Source of the DNA: Anaerolineales bacterium | Lineage (GTDB): Bacteria > Chloroflexota > Anaerolineae > Anaerolineales > Villigracilaceae | Reading direction: 5' to 3' | Assembly: GCA_046328875.1 (NCBI GenBank) | Contig: JAXLVS010000001.1 | Location: forward strand, 2,513,315-2,577,314 | DNA length: 64,000 nt | Shown: piece after piece, positions 27,687-35,688 of the stretch | Numbering within the stretch: the stretch's first letter is position 1 | Layout: every line of letters starts with the position of its first letter | The notes under the pieces: model-generated | What the model was told of the DNA's origin: nothing | Databases searched by the model: none | What the model saw: only the letters and a program-made list of their open reading frames with translations | Position numbers and translations under genes: made by a program

Positions 27687-29861
27687 TTACTCTAGCGGAA
27701 TCTCGTAGGCATCTATCAACCTGCTCTTAACACCCAACTTATCTAAACGTTCGACCACTTCCAAAGAAGCTTGTTTATCAGCTTGCGATAACAAGATATA
27801 GGAAATACCATTTTTTAACATTCCGACAACGTCTGCCGAGCGTATTCCAAGTGAAATTTTGGAATATTTTTTCTGAACATCAACTTCAGATTCTTGAAGC
27901 ATAATTACCTGAAAGTCAGATATCTTATTTTTCTTCATTTCAAGGCGAACTCTTAATGTGTCAATAAAAGCATTATGATTCAATATTCTAGTGGCAGGCA
28001 GGTACATTCTTTCATAATTCGCGTCTAAGAACAAAGTCGCCCGCACCAAAGAGGCTTCGATCATTCCGCAAATCACTTTAAATAGGTTGTAATAATATGT
28101 GGAATATTGCTCAAAATCAGCTGACCAGATCACAACCATTGCCACAGGCACATTAAATGGATAAGAGTTATTTAGGACCGGGGCGATATATGCAGGATAA
28201 TTTTCTAGCAGGGCTGCGTTTTGGAATATTTTTCCCTGCTCAATACTTTCAAGTGCTTCAGGGTAATCAGATAACTTTAACGACTTCGCAACAGCTACAT
28301 TCATCTCTGCAGAATTCACCTCAAGCCTTGCGAAGGCCCGGTTACTATCCAACGAATAGATTGCAATATTTTTATTATCCATCAGCTCTTCAAGGATATT
28401 TAGCGCTCTGAAGTAAACTGCGTGTTCTTGTAGTTCATCAAGTTCACGCGTAATAGTAAATATTTTTCCAAAACTATCACGGTACCCAATCAAACGTTCA
28501 CGAAACTCATCTTTAAGATCTCTGACTTCGTTAAAGACTTCATACAAAAAGGAATATTTCTCCAAAACGAGATCGTATTGTTTCTTACCGTACAGAATAT
28601 TATTTTCAGTCTTATCGTGGTTATAGCCCGTGATCAAGCCTATAGCAAAATAAAGCACAAAAGGAAACCAGTTTCCTACATTATAGACAAGCAACTTCCA
28701 GTCCACACCTAAACCTAGCCATGTATAAAGCACAAAAATACTTACAAGCACAGATGCATATAGACCGAATTGAAGGCCATAAATGGATCCCATAATCACA
28801 ACATACACCAAACGAAAATCCACATATTGAAACTGAATAAGAGTGCCAGTTAATTGGCTTAAATACATGGCAGCTAAGCCGCCCAAAACTAATTCTGTCC
28901 ATTTTAGAAAAGTTGGGTGTTCAGACAGTCGATCAAACAATCTAAAAATTGCAGACTTTTTCTTTACTAACCCTTTTGGAGTTGTATCAACAAAGTCTTC
29001 CAGTTCAGTAGCAAGGTCATGAACCTCATACCAATCAAACAATCTCTTTGCAGCTGCTACAGTTACTGGTTTTGTAGAAGCAGCCTTTTTATCTACATCA
29101 TCAGCATAAGTTACATTTTCATAATGCTTGCTTAGTAATCCAACAAGTTCGGAATACTTTATCAATTTAGAAGATGACAAATTTACAACCAAAGACTCAG
29201 TTGAATATTCATCATCAATAGCGCGCTTTATAAAATCGATAACATCTTCTGCATGTACAAAGCTGCAGAGAGTATCTGGGGAGCCCGGAAGTAGGATCTC
29301 CCCTTTCTGATTTCCATCCCTTATCAGCCGATAAAACAAACCAGCCTTCTCGTCGAGTCCGTACACATATGGCAGGCGCAATATGGTGAGATTCATATCG
29401 AATTCATCTCGATAAATCCTGCAATATCGCTCACCGACAGACAAAGTAAAGCCATTGATCGAAGAAGGCTGTGGCATGGTTTCTTCAAGCGTGTCTGGCG
29501 CATCGCCATAGACTTCAGTAGACGAAACGAAAAAGAATCTGCGTATCCCGCCCTTTTTACAAAGCTCTAAAGTATTTCTCAACCCATCAAGTTGCTGTCC
29601 AACATGAAATTCATCTTCAGAACCGTCAAGCAACTCTTCTCTAGTGGAAAGGTAGAGAACAATATCGAATTTATAGGAAGAAAGCGCATCACGGAAAATC
29701 TTTTCAGATGGATTTATTGAATGCAAAACTATACTATCCACCTTAATGTCCAAATCGCTCGCATTATATGAAGCCAACACAACTTTGTTCTTCTCTTTAA
29801 TAAATTCTTTAGCCAGAGGTACAGCAAGAGAAGAAAGATTTCCCGTTATCAGTATATTCAC
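27687..29861 (-). CDS. pelD: Degenerate SDR epimerase domain fused to PelD-like receptor (TMs, GAF, degenerate GGDEF)
   Basis: SDR scaffold (ILITG, FVSSTEVYG, ILRLPYVYG) with altered motifs; 4 TMs; FRERLIGYRDSFGKI coiled coil; GAF; C-terminal RSAD (RxxD I-site). Confidence 0.8.
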   Translation of the reverse strand: MNILITGNLSSLAVPLAKEFIKEKNKVVLASYNASDLDIKVDSIVLHSINPSEKIFRDALSSYKFDIVLYLSTREELLDGSEDEFHVGQQLDGLRNTLELCKKGGIRRFFFVSSTEVYGDAPDTLEETMPQPSSINGFTLSVGERYCRIYRDEFDMNLTILRLPYVYGLDEKAGLFYRLIRDGNQKGEILLPGSPDTLCSFVHAEDVIDFIKRAIDDEYSTESLVVNLSSSKLIKYSELVGLLSKHYENVTYADDVDKKAASTKPVTVAAAKRLFDWYEVHDLATELEDFVDTTPKGLVKKKSAIFRLFDRLSEHPTFLKWTELVLGGLAAMYLSQLTGTLIQFQYVDFRLVYVVIMGSIYGLQFGLYASVLVSIFVLYTWLGLGVDWKLLVYNVGNWFPFVLYFAIGLITGYNHDKTENNILYGKKQYDLVLEKYSFLYEVFNEVRDLKDEFRERLIGYRDSFGKIFTITRELDELQEHAVYFRALNILEELMDNKNIAIYSLDSNRAFARLEVNSAEMNVAVAKSLKLSDYPEALESIEQGKIFQNAALLENYPAYIAPVLNNSYPFNVPVAMVVIWSADFEQYSTYYYNLFKVICGMIEASLVRATLFLDANYERMYLPATRILNHNAFIDTLRVRLEMKKNKISDFQVIMLQESEVDVQKKYSKISLGIRSADVVGMLKNGISYILLSQADKQASLEVVERLDKLGVKSRLIDAYEIPLE

Positions 29862-30293
29862 AACAAATCCTTCCTTTTCCTAATAATAGAAGCAATAAAA
29901 TTTCGGCGAAATTAATCGTATAGCTGACAAGTAGTATTGCAGCCAAAAATATTCAAAGATGAGAGAAGCAACTTTTAATAAAAAATATTACAATCACAAA
30001 ATCGTAACACTTAAAGCTGGCTCTCTCAGAAAAAAGTATTTGTAAAGCAAGTGAATGTAATTAAAACAGCTATTGTAAATAATTGCACAACTAATAATAG
30101 GCTAAATATACAACCAAGAAATAAAAATATCAATAATTTTTGTATTTTAACATGAAAGAGACAGATTGGCTCCACTTTACAGGTGCATTTTTTCATTCCT
30201 GGAACATTAAGTCGCTAAAAAACCAGTAAAAGGTTCGTTCTTTTTGTAAGAACTCCTTCAAAAACTCCGTCCAAACCGCTAGGAGACGAAAAA

Positions 30294-31505
30294 ATGTCCG
30301 ACCAAAACGAACTATTTAGTCTAACCCCTTCCGTTATAAGTGTATATAGTACAAATTGGTGCCCAGACTGTAAGCGCGCAAAGAAATTTCTTGCCGAACA
30401 TCGTGTCCAATATGAAAGCATTGACATCGAAGCTGTCGCAGAGGGGATTTCATTTGTGGAAAGCATTAATAATGGAATGCGTATCATCCCCACTATTATT
30501 TTTCCAGATGGAGAGATTTTAGTAGAGCCATCCAATGCGCAACTCGCACAAAAACTGGGATTACAAACGAAGGCCAAGCGTGAATTTTATGATGTGATCA
30601 TTATTGGTGGTGGCCCTGCGGGGCTTACAGCGTCGCTCTACCTTGCCCGTGAAGGACTTGATGTGCTGGTAATTGAAAAGGCTGGCCTTGGAGGACAAGC
30701 GGGTATCACACAGATCTTGGATAATTTCCCTGGGTTCGATGAAGGGATTACAGGAGCAGAATTCTCTGATAGGTTAGGAAGGCAAGCACGGAAATTTGGT
30801 GTTGAAGTTTTGCAGGCCCAAGAAATAAATGAAATTGAACAAGATGATGAGTTTCACATTGTCCGTACCAACTCTGGAGACCACTATCATAGCAAAGCAG
30901 TCTTGTTAGCCACTGGAGCTCGCTATCGCCGCCTCGAAATCCCAGGGGAAGATGAACTGATCGGCATCAATGTTCATTTCTGTGCTACATGTGATGGCGC
31001 ATTCTATAAAGGCAAAAAAGTCCTCGTTGTTGGGGGGGGAAATAGCGGATTTGAAGAGGGCCTCTTCCTTACAAAGTTTGCAACGCAGGTGGATATATTG
31101 GTGAATTCTCAGGAACCCAAAGCCAGTAAGATATTACAGGATAAAGTTGCTGAAAAAGAGAACATGAACGTTCTACTTAATCAAACCATCCTTGAGTTAA
31201 AAGGAACGAAAAAACTCGAGTCACTTCTTGTGAAGGATAATTCGACCAACGAAATTAGAGAACTTAATTACGATGGCGTATTTGTTTTTATTGGATTAAC
31301 CCCAAATAACGATCTATTAAGAGAAAAAGCGGAATTGGATAATTGGGGCTTTATAAAGGCTACCCAATTGATGACAAGTATCCCAGGCATTTTTGCCGCT
31401 GGAGATGTGCGATCAGGAGCGACAAAGCAAGCTGCTTCTGCTGCTGGTGAAGGAGCCTCCGCTGCAATTGCAATTCGGGAATATTTAAAAACAGTGAACG
31501 GGTAA
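30294..31505 (+). CDS. trxB: Glutaredoxin/NrdH-like domain fused to thioredoxin reductase
   Basis: N-terminal WCPDC redoxin; GGGPAGLTA, CATCDG, GGGNSG, GIFAAGD. Confidence 0.88.
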   Translation: MSDQNELFSLTPSVISVYSTNWCPDCKRAKKFLAEHRVQYESIDIEAVAEGISFVESINNGMRIIPTIIFPDGEILVEPSNAQLAQKLGLQTKAKREFYDVIIIGGGPAGLTASLYLAREGLDVLVIEKAGLGGQAGITQILDNFPGFDEGITGAEFSDRLGRQARKFGVEVLQAQEINEIEQDDEFHIVRTNSGDHYHSKAVLLATGARYRRLEIPGEDELIGINVHFCATCDGAFYKGKKVLVVGGGNSGFEEGLFLTKFATQVDILVNSQEPKASKILQDKVAEKENMNVLLNQTILELKGTKKLESLLVKDNSTNEIRELNYDGVFVFIGLTPNNDLLREKAELDNWGFIKATQLMTSIPGIFAAGDVRSGATKQAASAAGEGASAAIAIREYLKTVNG

Positions 31506-31549
31506 AATACCCGAACTGACATAAAACAATTCAATTTAGGAGAACTCTC

Positions 31550-31828
31550 TTGAACGACCTCTACAATACAAACCCATCGCAGATCGTTATGTATGCAACA
31601 GAATACTGTCCAGACTGTCATCGAGCAAAGGCATTCTTTGAGGCAAACAACATCGAGTACCTACGAGTTGGGCTAGAAGGTAACGAAGAAGCTACAAATT
31701 TCGTTATGAAAATCAACCATGGAAACAAAAGTGTTCCTACAATAGTATTTCCAAACGGCTCAATTTTGGTTGAACCAGGTTGGGGAGAACTTCGTGAAGT
31801 GATAGAAAAAATTACTCCTTCAAAATAA
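31550..31828 (+). CDS. Standalone glutaredoxin/mycoredoxin-like protein
   Basis: YCPDC, SVPTIVFPNGSILVEP; similar to the N-terminal domain of the upstream fusion; TTG start after AGGAG. Confidence 0.85.
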   Translation: MNDLYNTNPSQIVMYATEYCPDCHRAKAFFEANNIEYLRVGLEGNEEATNFVMKINHGNKSVPTIVFPNGSILVEPGWGELREVIEKITPSK

Positions 31829-31831
31829 CGG

Positions 31832-31875
31832 AAACAAAAACAGTCCCACATTTTTTACTGGGACTGTTTTTGTTT
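31832..31875 (+). terminator. Intrinsic terminator
   Basis: AAACAAAAACAGTCCCA...TGGGACTGTTTTTGTTT. Confidence 0.75.
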
Positions 31876-31922
31876 AAATGCTTTTATTTCTTCAGCATTA
31901 TTCACAGGTGTATAATAGAAAA

Positions 31923-32594
31923 ATGAAGAAATTAATTTTCTTTCTTTTTTTAGCGCTATGTACCAGCTCGTGTGAAGGTTGGAATGTTGCTCCTCAACCA
32001 TTTCCAGTTTGGACGGCTATTTCTTCCTCAACACCAGGTATTCTTACACCCACACCATTCATAATACCTCCCCCCATTTTTGGAACAACTTCAACTCCAT
32101 CTTCAAATGTAACCGTCATTTCACCTGTAACTCCTGAAAATTCAGTTACACCATCCTTTACCCCTACATTTACCGCTGCTCCTCCCACAGAAACAGTTAC
32201 ATCTGCCCCTGTATTATCTGTGAATCTTGTCATCTTAGGCTGTAACACAAGCATTGACATAGTCCACGGCATGGGCGAAGTAACAAATGCCTTCGTGACT
32301 GTACAAAACAACGGCACAATAGACCTTCCCAACACCTGCGCCATCCTCAGAGCCATTGATGAAGATCGGGAACACCCAGACAAAAAAGGCTGCGTGAGTA
32401 ACCTCCCAGCTCAAAATCAAGTAAACCTAAAATTGACCGTCGATTCGCAGTACAAAGTAGATACCATTATCCAAGTCGATGTGAATTCAAATGAAACAAC
32501 CCTGCTTCGTTTAGACAAACAGTCCTGTAGAGATATTGGGCTCTTCGGCGGCGCTCCATCAGATCTCGGCGTAATAAAGCCACTTACGCCCTAA
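31923..32594 (+). CDS. Lipoprotein with Pro/Thr-rich linker and Cys-containing Ig-like domain
   Basis: MKKLIFFLFLALCTSSC lipobox; TPT/PP linker; TATAAT 6 nt upstream of the ATG. Confidence 0.7.
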   Translation: MKKLIFFLFLALCTSSCEGWNVAPQPFPVWTAISSSTPGILTPTPFIIPPPIFGTTSTPSSNVTVISPVTPENSVTPSFTPTFTAAPPTETVTSAPVLSVNLVILGCNTSIDIVHGMGEVTNAFVTVQNNGTIDLPNTCAILRAIDEDREHPDKKGCVSNLPAQNQVNLKLTVDSQYKVDTIIQVDVNSNETTLLRLDKQSCRDIGLFGGAPSDLGVIKPLTP

Positions 32595-32656
32595 ATAGCA
32601 GCTTTTACCTCAGGGTAACAAGCCCAAAATTGCACTTTTCCTTGTATAATAAAAAT

Positions 32657-33121
32657 ATGGCACTCCCACAACCTGAACAACAACCCCCTCCTCCTCCACA
32701 GCTCACTCCTGAACAAATTGCGGAGTTGCGCGAACAAGAGCGCAAGCAGAAGACCCTTATCGCAAGCATTATTGGCGGTGTCGTTCTTATTCTTGTCTTG
32801 TTAGGCGTTGCAATCTACTTTTTGATGCAACCAACCGCCCCAACCGATAAGATACGTGATGTCTTTATCATTGTTGTAGCTTTGGAATCCCTGATCATTG
32901 GGGTTGCGCTCATTGTTCTTATCGTACAGCTTGCAAGCCTCATCAACCTACTCCAAAATGAAGTTCGTCCCATTCTCAACGCCACCAACGAAACCGTAAA
33001 CACTTTGCGAGGCACTGCTGAATTCCTTGGTGAAAATGTAGTTGAGCCAGTTATCAAACTCAATGGATATTTAGCTGGTCTCAAGCGTATGTTAGAATTA
33101 TTAGGCGTTAAGCCTAAGTAA
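32657..33121 (+). CDS. YtxG/DUF948-like membrane protein
   Basis: Two TMs followed by an amphipathic helix (NEVRPILNATNETV); directly upstream of a YtxH gene; TATAAT 6 nt upstream. Confidence 0.55.
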   Translation: MALPQPEQQPPPPPQLTPEQIAELREQERKQKTLIASIIGGVVLILVLLGVAIYFLMQPTAPTDKIRDVFIIVVALESLIIGVALIVLIVQLASLINLLQNEVRPILNATNETVNTLRGTAEFLGENVVEPVIKLNGYLAGLKRMLELLGVKPK

Positions 33122-33175
33122 CAAACAAGGTGATGTTCACCTGAATCAATCATAAAATATCAAAGGAGAAATACC

Positions 33176-33523
33176 ATGTCTGACCATGATGAATTTGGAG
33201 CCTTTCTTGTAGGATTTGTAGTCGGCGGCCTTACAGGCGCTGTGGTAGCCCTGCTCTTTGCACCTCAATCTGGAGAGGAAACTCGTGCGCTGATCAAGGA
33301 TAAATCCATTGAGCTGCGTGACCGCGCCTCTCAGTCGGCCGAAGAAGTTCTCGCCCGCGCAGAAGCCGCCGCCGCAGAAGCCCGCCAGCGAGCTGATGAA
33401 CTCACTAAGGAAGCCCGCCAACGCGCCACAGAGCTTGCCAACGAAGTTCGTGAACGTGGCAAAGGCGCAATCGAAGCTGTCCGCAAACCCAAGAAAGACA
33501 GCGGCGAAGCAACTGCTGCATAA
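33176..33523 (+). CDS. YtxH domain protein
   Basis: FLVGFVVGGLTGAVVALLFAPQSGEETR followed by a coiled coil. Confidence 0.9.
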   Translation: MSDHDEFGAFLVGFVVGGLTGAVVALLFAPQSGEETRALIKDKSIELRDRASQSAEEVLARAEAAAAEARQRADELTKEARQRATELANEVRERGKGAIEAVRKPKKDSGEATAA

Positions 33524-33540
33524 GCAAAACCGTTCACAGG

Positions 33541-33578
33541 CAAGGGTTTGACGAACAAGTCAAACCCTTGTTTTATTT
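33541..33578 (+). terminator. Intrinsic terminator
   Basis: CAAGGGTTTGAC-gaacaa-GTCAAACCCTTG-TTTTATTT. Confidence 0.75.
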
Positions 33579-34202
33579 ATGAAACTCATCCCGCGCTTTA
33601 TGCGATTGTTTTTCCACCTGCTCTATCATCCATTTGCATTCACCTACGACCTCGTAGCCGCTACAGTCTCATTTGGAAATTGGAAGAACTGGGTCTATAG
33701 CATTCTTCCATTCATCAAAGGTACATACATTCTAGAGATGGGACATGGTCCCGGTCATCTGCAGCGCCTCCTTCTAGACAGTGGACTGGCCACTGTCGCG
33801 ATAGACGAATCTACACAAATGGGCAGGATCGCCAAGCGCCGCCTCGGCGCATCCCAAAAGCTAACCCGTGGACTCGCACAGGCCTTGCCCTATCAAAGCG
33901 GGATATTCGATACCATCATCTCAACTTTCCCAACAGAGTACATCTTTCAAGAAAAGACTCTCTCCGAGGTAAAGAGATGCCTTTCGGACGGAGGCAGGCT
34001 TATCGTTCTGCCTGTGGCGTTCCCAAAGAGTGGATTCCTCCAATGGCTGTACAAAGTCACAGGCGAAAGCCCAGCCGAATTGACAGAGTCCATCAAAACA
34101 AGAAGCTTGCAACCATTTCTTAATGCAGGGTTTCAAGCAGAAGTTGAAATAGTTGAAGTAAAATCGAGCACATTGTTGGTTATTATTGCACAGAAGGATT
34201 GA
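33579..34202 (+). CDS. Class I SAM-dependent methyltransferase
   Basis: ILEMGHGPG motif I; FDTIISTF; LSDGGRL. Confidence 0.8.
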   Translation: MKLIPRFMRLFFHLLYHPFAFTYDLVAATVSFGNWKNWVYSILPFIKGTYILEMGHGPGHLQRLLLDSGLATVAIDESTQMGRIAKRRLGASQKLTRGLAQALPYQSGIFDTIISTFPTEYIFQEKTLSEVKRCLSDGGRLIVLPVAFPKSGFLQWLYKVTGESPAELTESIKTRSLQPFLNAGFQAEVEIVEVKSSTLLVIIAQKD

Positions 34203-34213
34203 AAGGAATTTAA

Positions 34214-34852
34214 ATGCTAAAGAAATTACGTGAACCAGTTAACAGTCTCACCCATTGGGCAGGCGCGATCCTTGGTCTTGCTGGGTTGATCGCCCTTCTT
34301 ATTGTCGGTTGGAGCACTCCAGCCAAGGTTATTTCGTTGACAATTTACGGCATCAGTCTGATCGCCATGTTCTCCGCCAGCGCTACGTATCACATGGTGC
34401 AAGTCAAGGACAAGGTACTCGAGATCTTCCGCAAAGTTGACCATGCCGCAATTTTTCTTCTGATCGCAGGAACCTACACCCCATTCTGCGTGAATGCCTT
34501 TACTGGCTTTTGGAAGTGGGGCATGTTGAGCATCATTTGGTCGCTGGCGATTATTGGGATCGTGGTGAAGGTTTTCTATATTGGTGCGCCGCGCTGGTTG
34601 AATGCGGGTATCTATGTGTTCATGGGCTGGCTTTGTGTCACTGCCAGTGGACAGTTGCTTGCCGCATTGCCTACCTGGGTGTTCGTCTGGTTGATCATTG
34701 GTGGCGTGGTGTACACGCTTGGTGCGGTGGTGTATTCTACAAAAATCTTTAACTTCAAACCTGGCGTATTCGGCTTTCATGAAGTTTGGCACATCTTTGT
34801 CTTGCTGGCTGCAGCAGCTCATTTTGTAGCAGTGCTTGGAGTGGCACTCTAA
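34214..34852 (+). CDS. PAQR/hemolysin III family membrane protein
   Basis: NSLTHW, SATYH, DHAAIFLLIAGTYTP, FHEVWHIFV. Confidence 0.92.
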   Translation: MLKKLREPVNSLTHWAGAILGLAGLIALLIVGWSTPAKVISLTIYGISLIAMFSASATYHMVQVKDKVLEIFRKVDHAAIFLLIAGTYTPFCVNAFTGFWKWGMLSIIWSLAIIGIVVKVFYIGAPRWLNAGIYVFMGWLCVTASGQLLAALPTWVFVWLIIGGVVYTLGAVVYSTKIFNFKPGVFGFHEVWHIFVLLAAAAHFVAVLGVAL

Positions 34853-34864
34853 TTTTGTTTTGAT

Positions 34865-34895
34865 CTATTGGCGAGGGCGTTACCCTCGCCAATAG
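34865..34895. terminator. Hairpin after the PAQR gene
   Basis: CTATTGGCGAGGG-cgtta-CCCTCGCCAATAG; no U-tract on the + strand. Confidence 0.5.
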
Positions 34896-34931
34896 AAAAG
34901 TACAACGCACAAAACGCAGGGAGTTTTCAAT

Positions 34932-35684
34932 ATGTTTTTTGGCTTTGATCTCAAAGAAATCTTAATGTTCCCATTCAAAGATGAGGAATCACGCAAGCAT
35001 CTCCTCATTGGCGGGCTGGTCTCAATCGCAGCATTTTTCATTCCCATCCTTCCCTATTTCTTTTTACTTGGGTATGCCGTCATCATTGCAAGGCAAGTGT
35101 TGAAAGGCGAACAGCCACATATGGTTCCTTGGGAGGATTGGGGCGGTATGTTCAAAGACGGCGCAAAGCTTTTTGGCGTCCGTATAATCTACTCTCTTCC
35201 CATCCTGATCTTCGCGGTACCTCTTATGATAGGTGGGATGGCCATGCCATTCATTGCAGGAAATATGGATAGCGGAAACGCCGACACCCTATTTGCATTA
35301 TTCTCTGTGCTCATGGTCGGCTCTATGTGCATTATTATCCCGCTCTCCATTCCACTGGTAGTCATTATTCCTGCCTCCGAAATGCATGTGATCGAAAAAA
35401 ATGATTTCACAGCAGCATTTCAATTCAAGGAATGGTGGCCTGTTTTGCGCGCAAACCTTGGCGGCTTCATCGTTGCCTTTGGCATTTATTACGTAGTCTC
35501 TTTTGCTTTGATGATCGTGATCCAAATCATTGCCGCTACTTTTATCCTTGCCTGCCTCATGATTGTCCTCATCCCCGCCATGACGATCTATATGACCCTG
35601 ATCATGTATGCTACCTCCGCCATCGCCTACAGAGATGGCAAAGTTAAACTCTCTCAAAGCGAACTTACCCCACAAACTTTATAA
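34932..35684 (+). CDS. DUF4013 family membrane protein
   Basis: FPFKD, FLLGY, PWEDWGGMFKDG, AAFQFKE. Confidence 0.75.
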   Translation: MFFGFDLKEILMFPFKDEESRKHLLIGGLVSIAAFFIPILPYFFLLGYAVIIARQVLKGEQPHMVPWEDWGGMFKDGAKLFGVRIIYSLPILIFAVPLMIGGMAMPFIAGNMDSGNADTLFALFSVLMVGSMCIIIPLSIPLVVIIPASEMHVIEKNDFTAAFQFKEWWPVLRANLGGFIVAFGIYYVVSFALMIVIQIIAATFILACLMIVLIPAMTIYMTLIMYATSAIAYRDGKVKLSQSELTPQTL

Positions 35685-35688
35685 ATTT

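Larger units (their letters stand above)
14340..30200 (-). other. AT-rich co-oriented island carrying the Pel/CotH/VTC locus
   Basis: Visibly lower GC than the flanks (hand count 22/60 at 20701-20760 vs 37/60 at 9601-9660); eleven genes on one strand; no integrase, tRNA or att repeat seen; boundaries approximate. Confidence 0.55.

Noticed and set aside
29862-30293. c-di-GMP riboswitch in the long leader upstream of pelD
   Set aside because: I could not find the GEMM-type GCAAA/GAAA-tetraloop pattern or stable GC stems; the region is simply AT-rich. An Rfam scan would settle it.
30215-30577. 120-aa minus-strand ORF that could extend the pel operon upstream
   Set aside because: It is largely antisense to the trxB fusion, has no motifs and has no SD.
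34214-34852. Hemolysin/toxin function
   Set aside because: The PAQR family name is historical; it is a widespread housekeeping membrane protein with no secretion or immunity context here.
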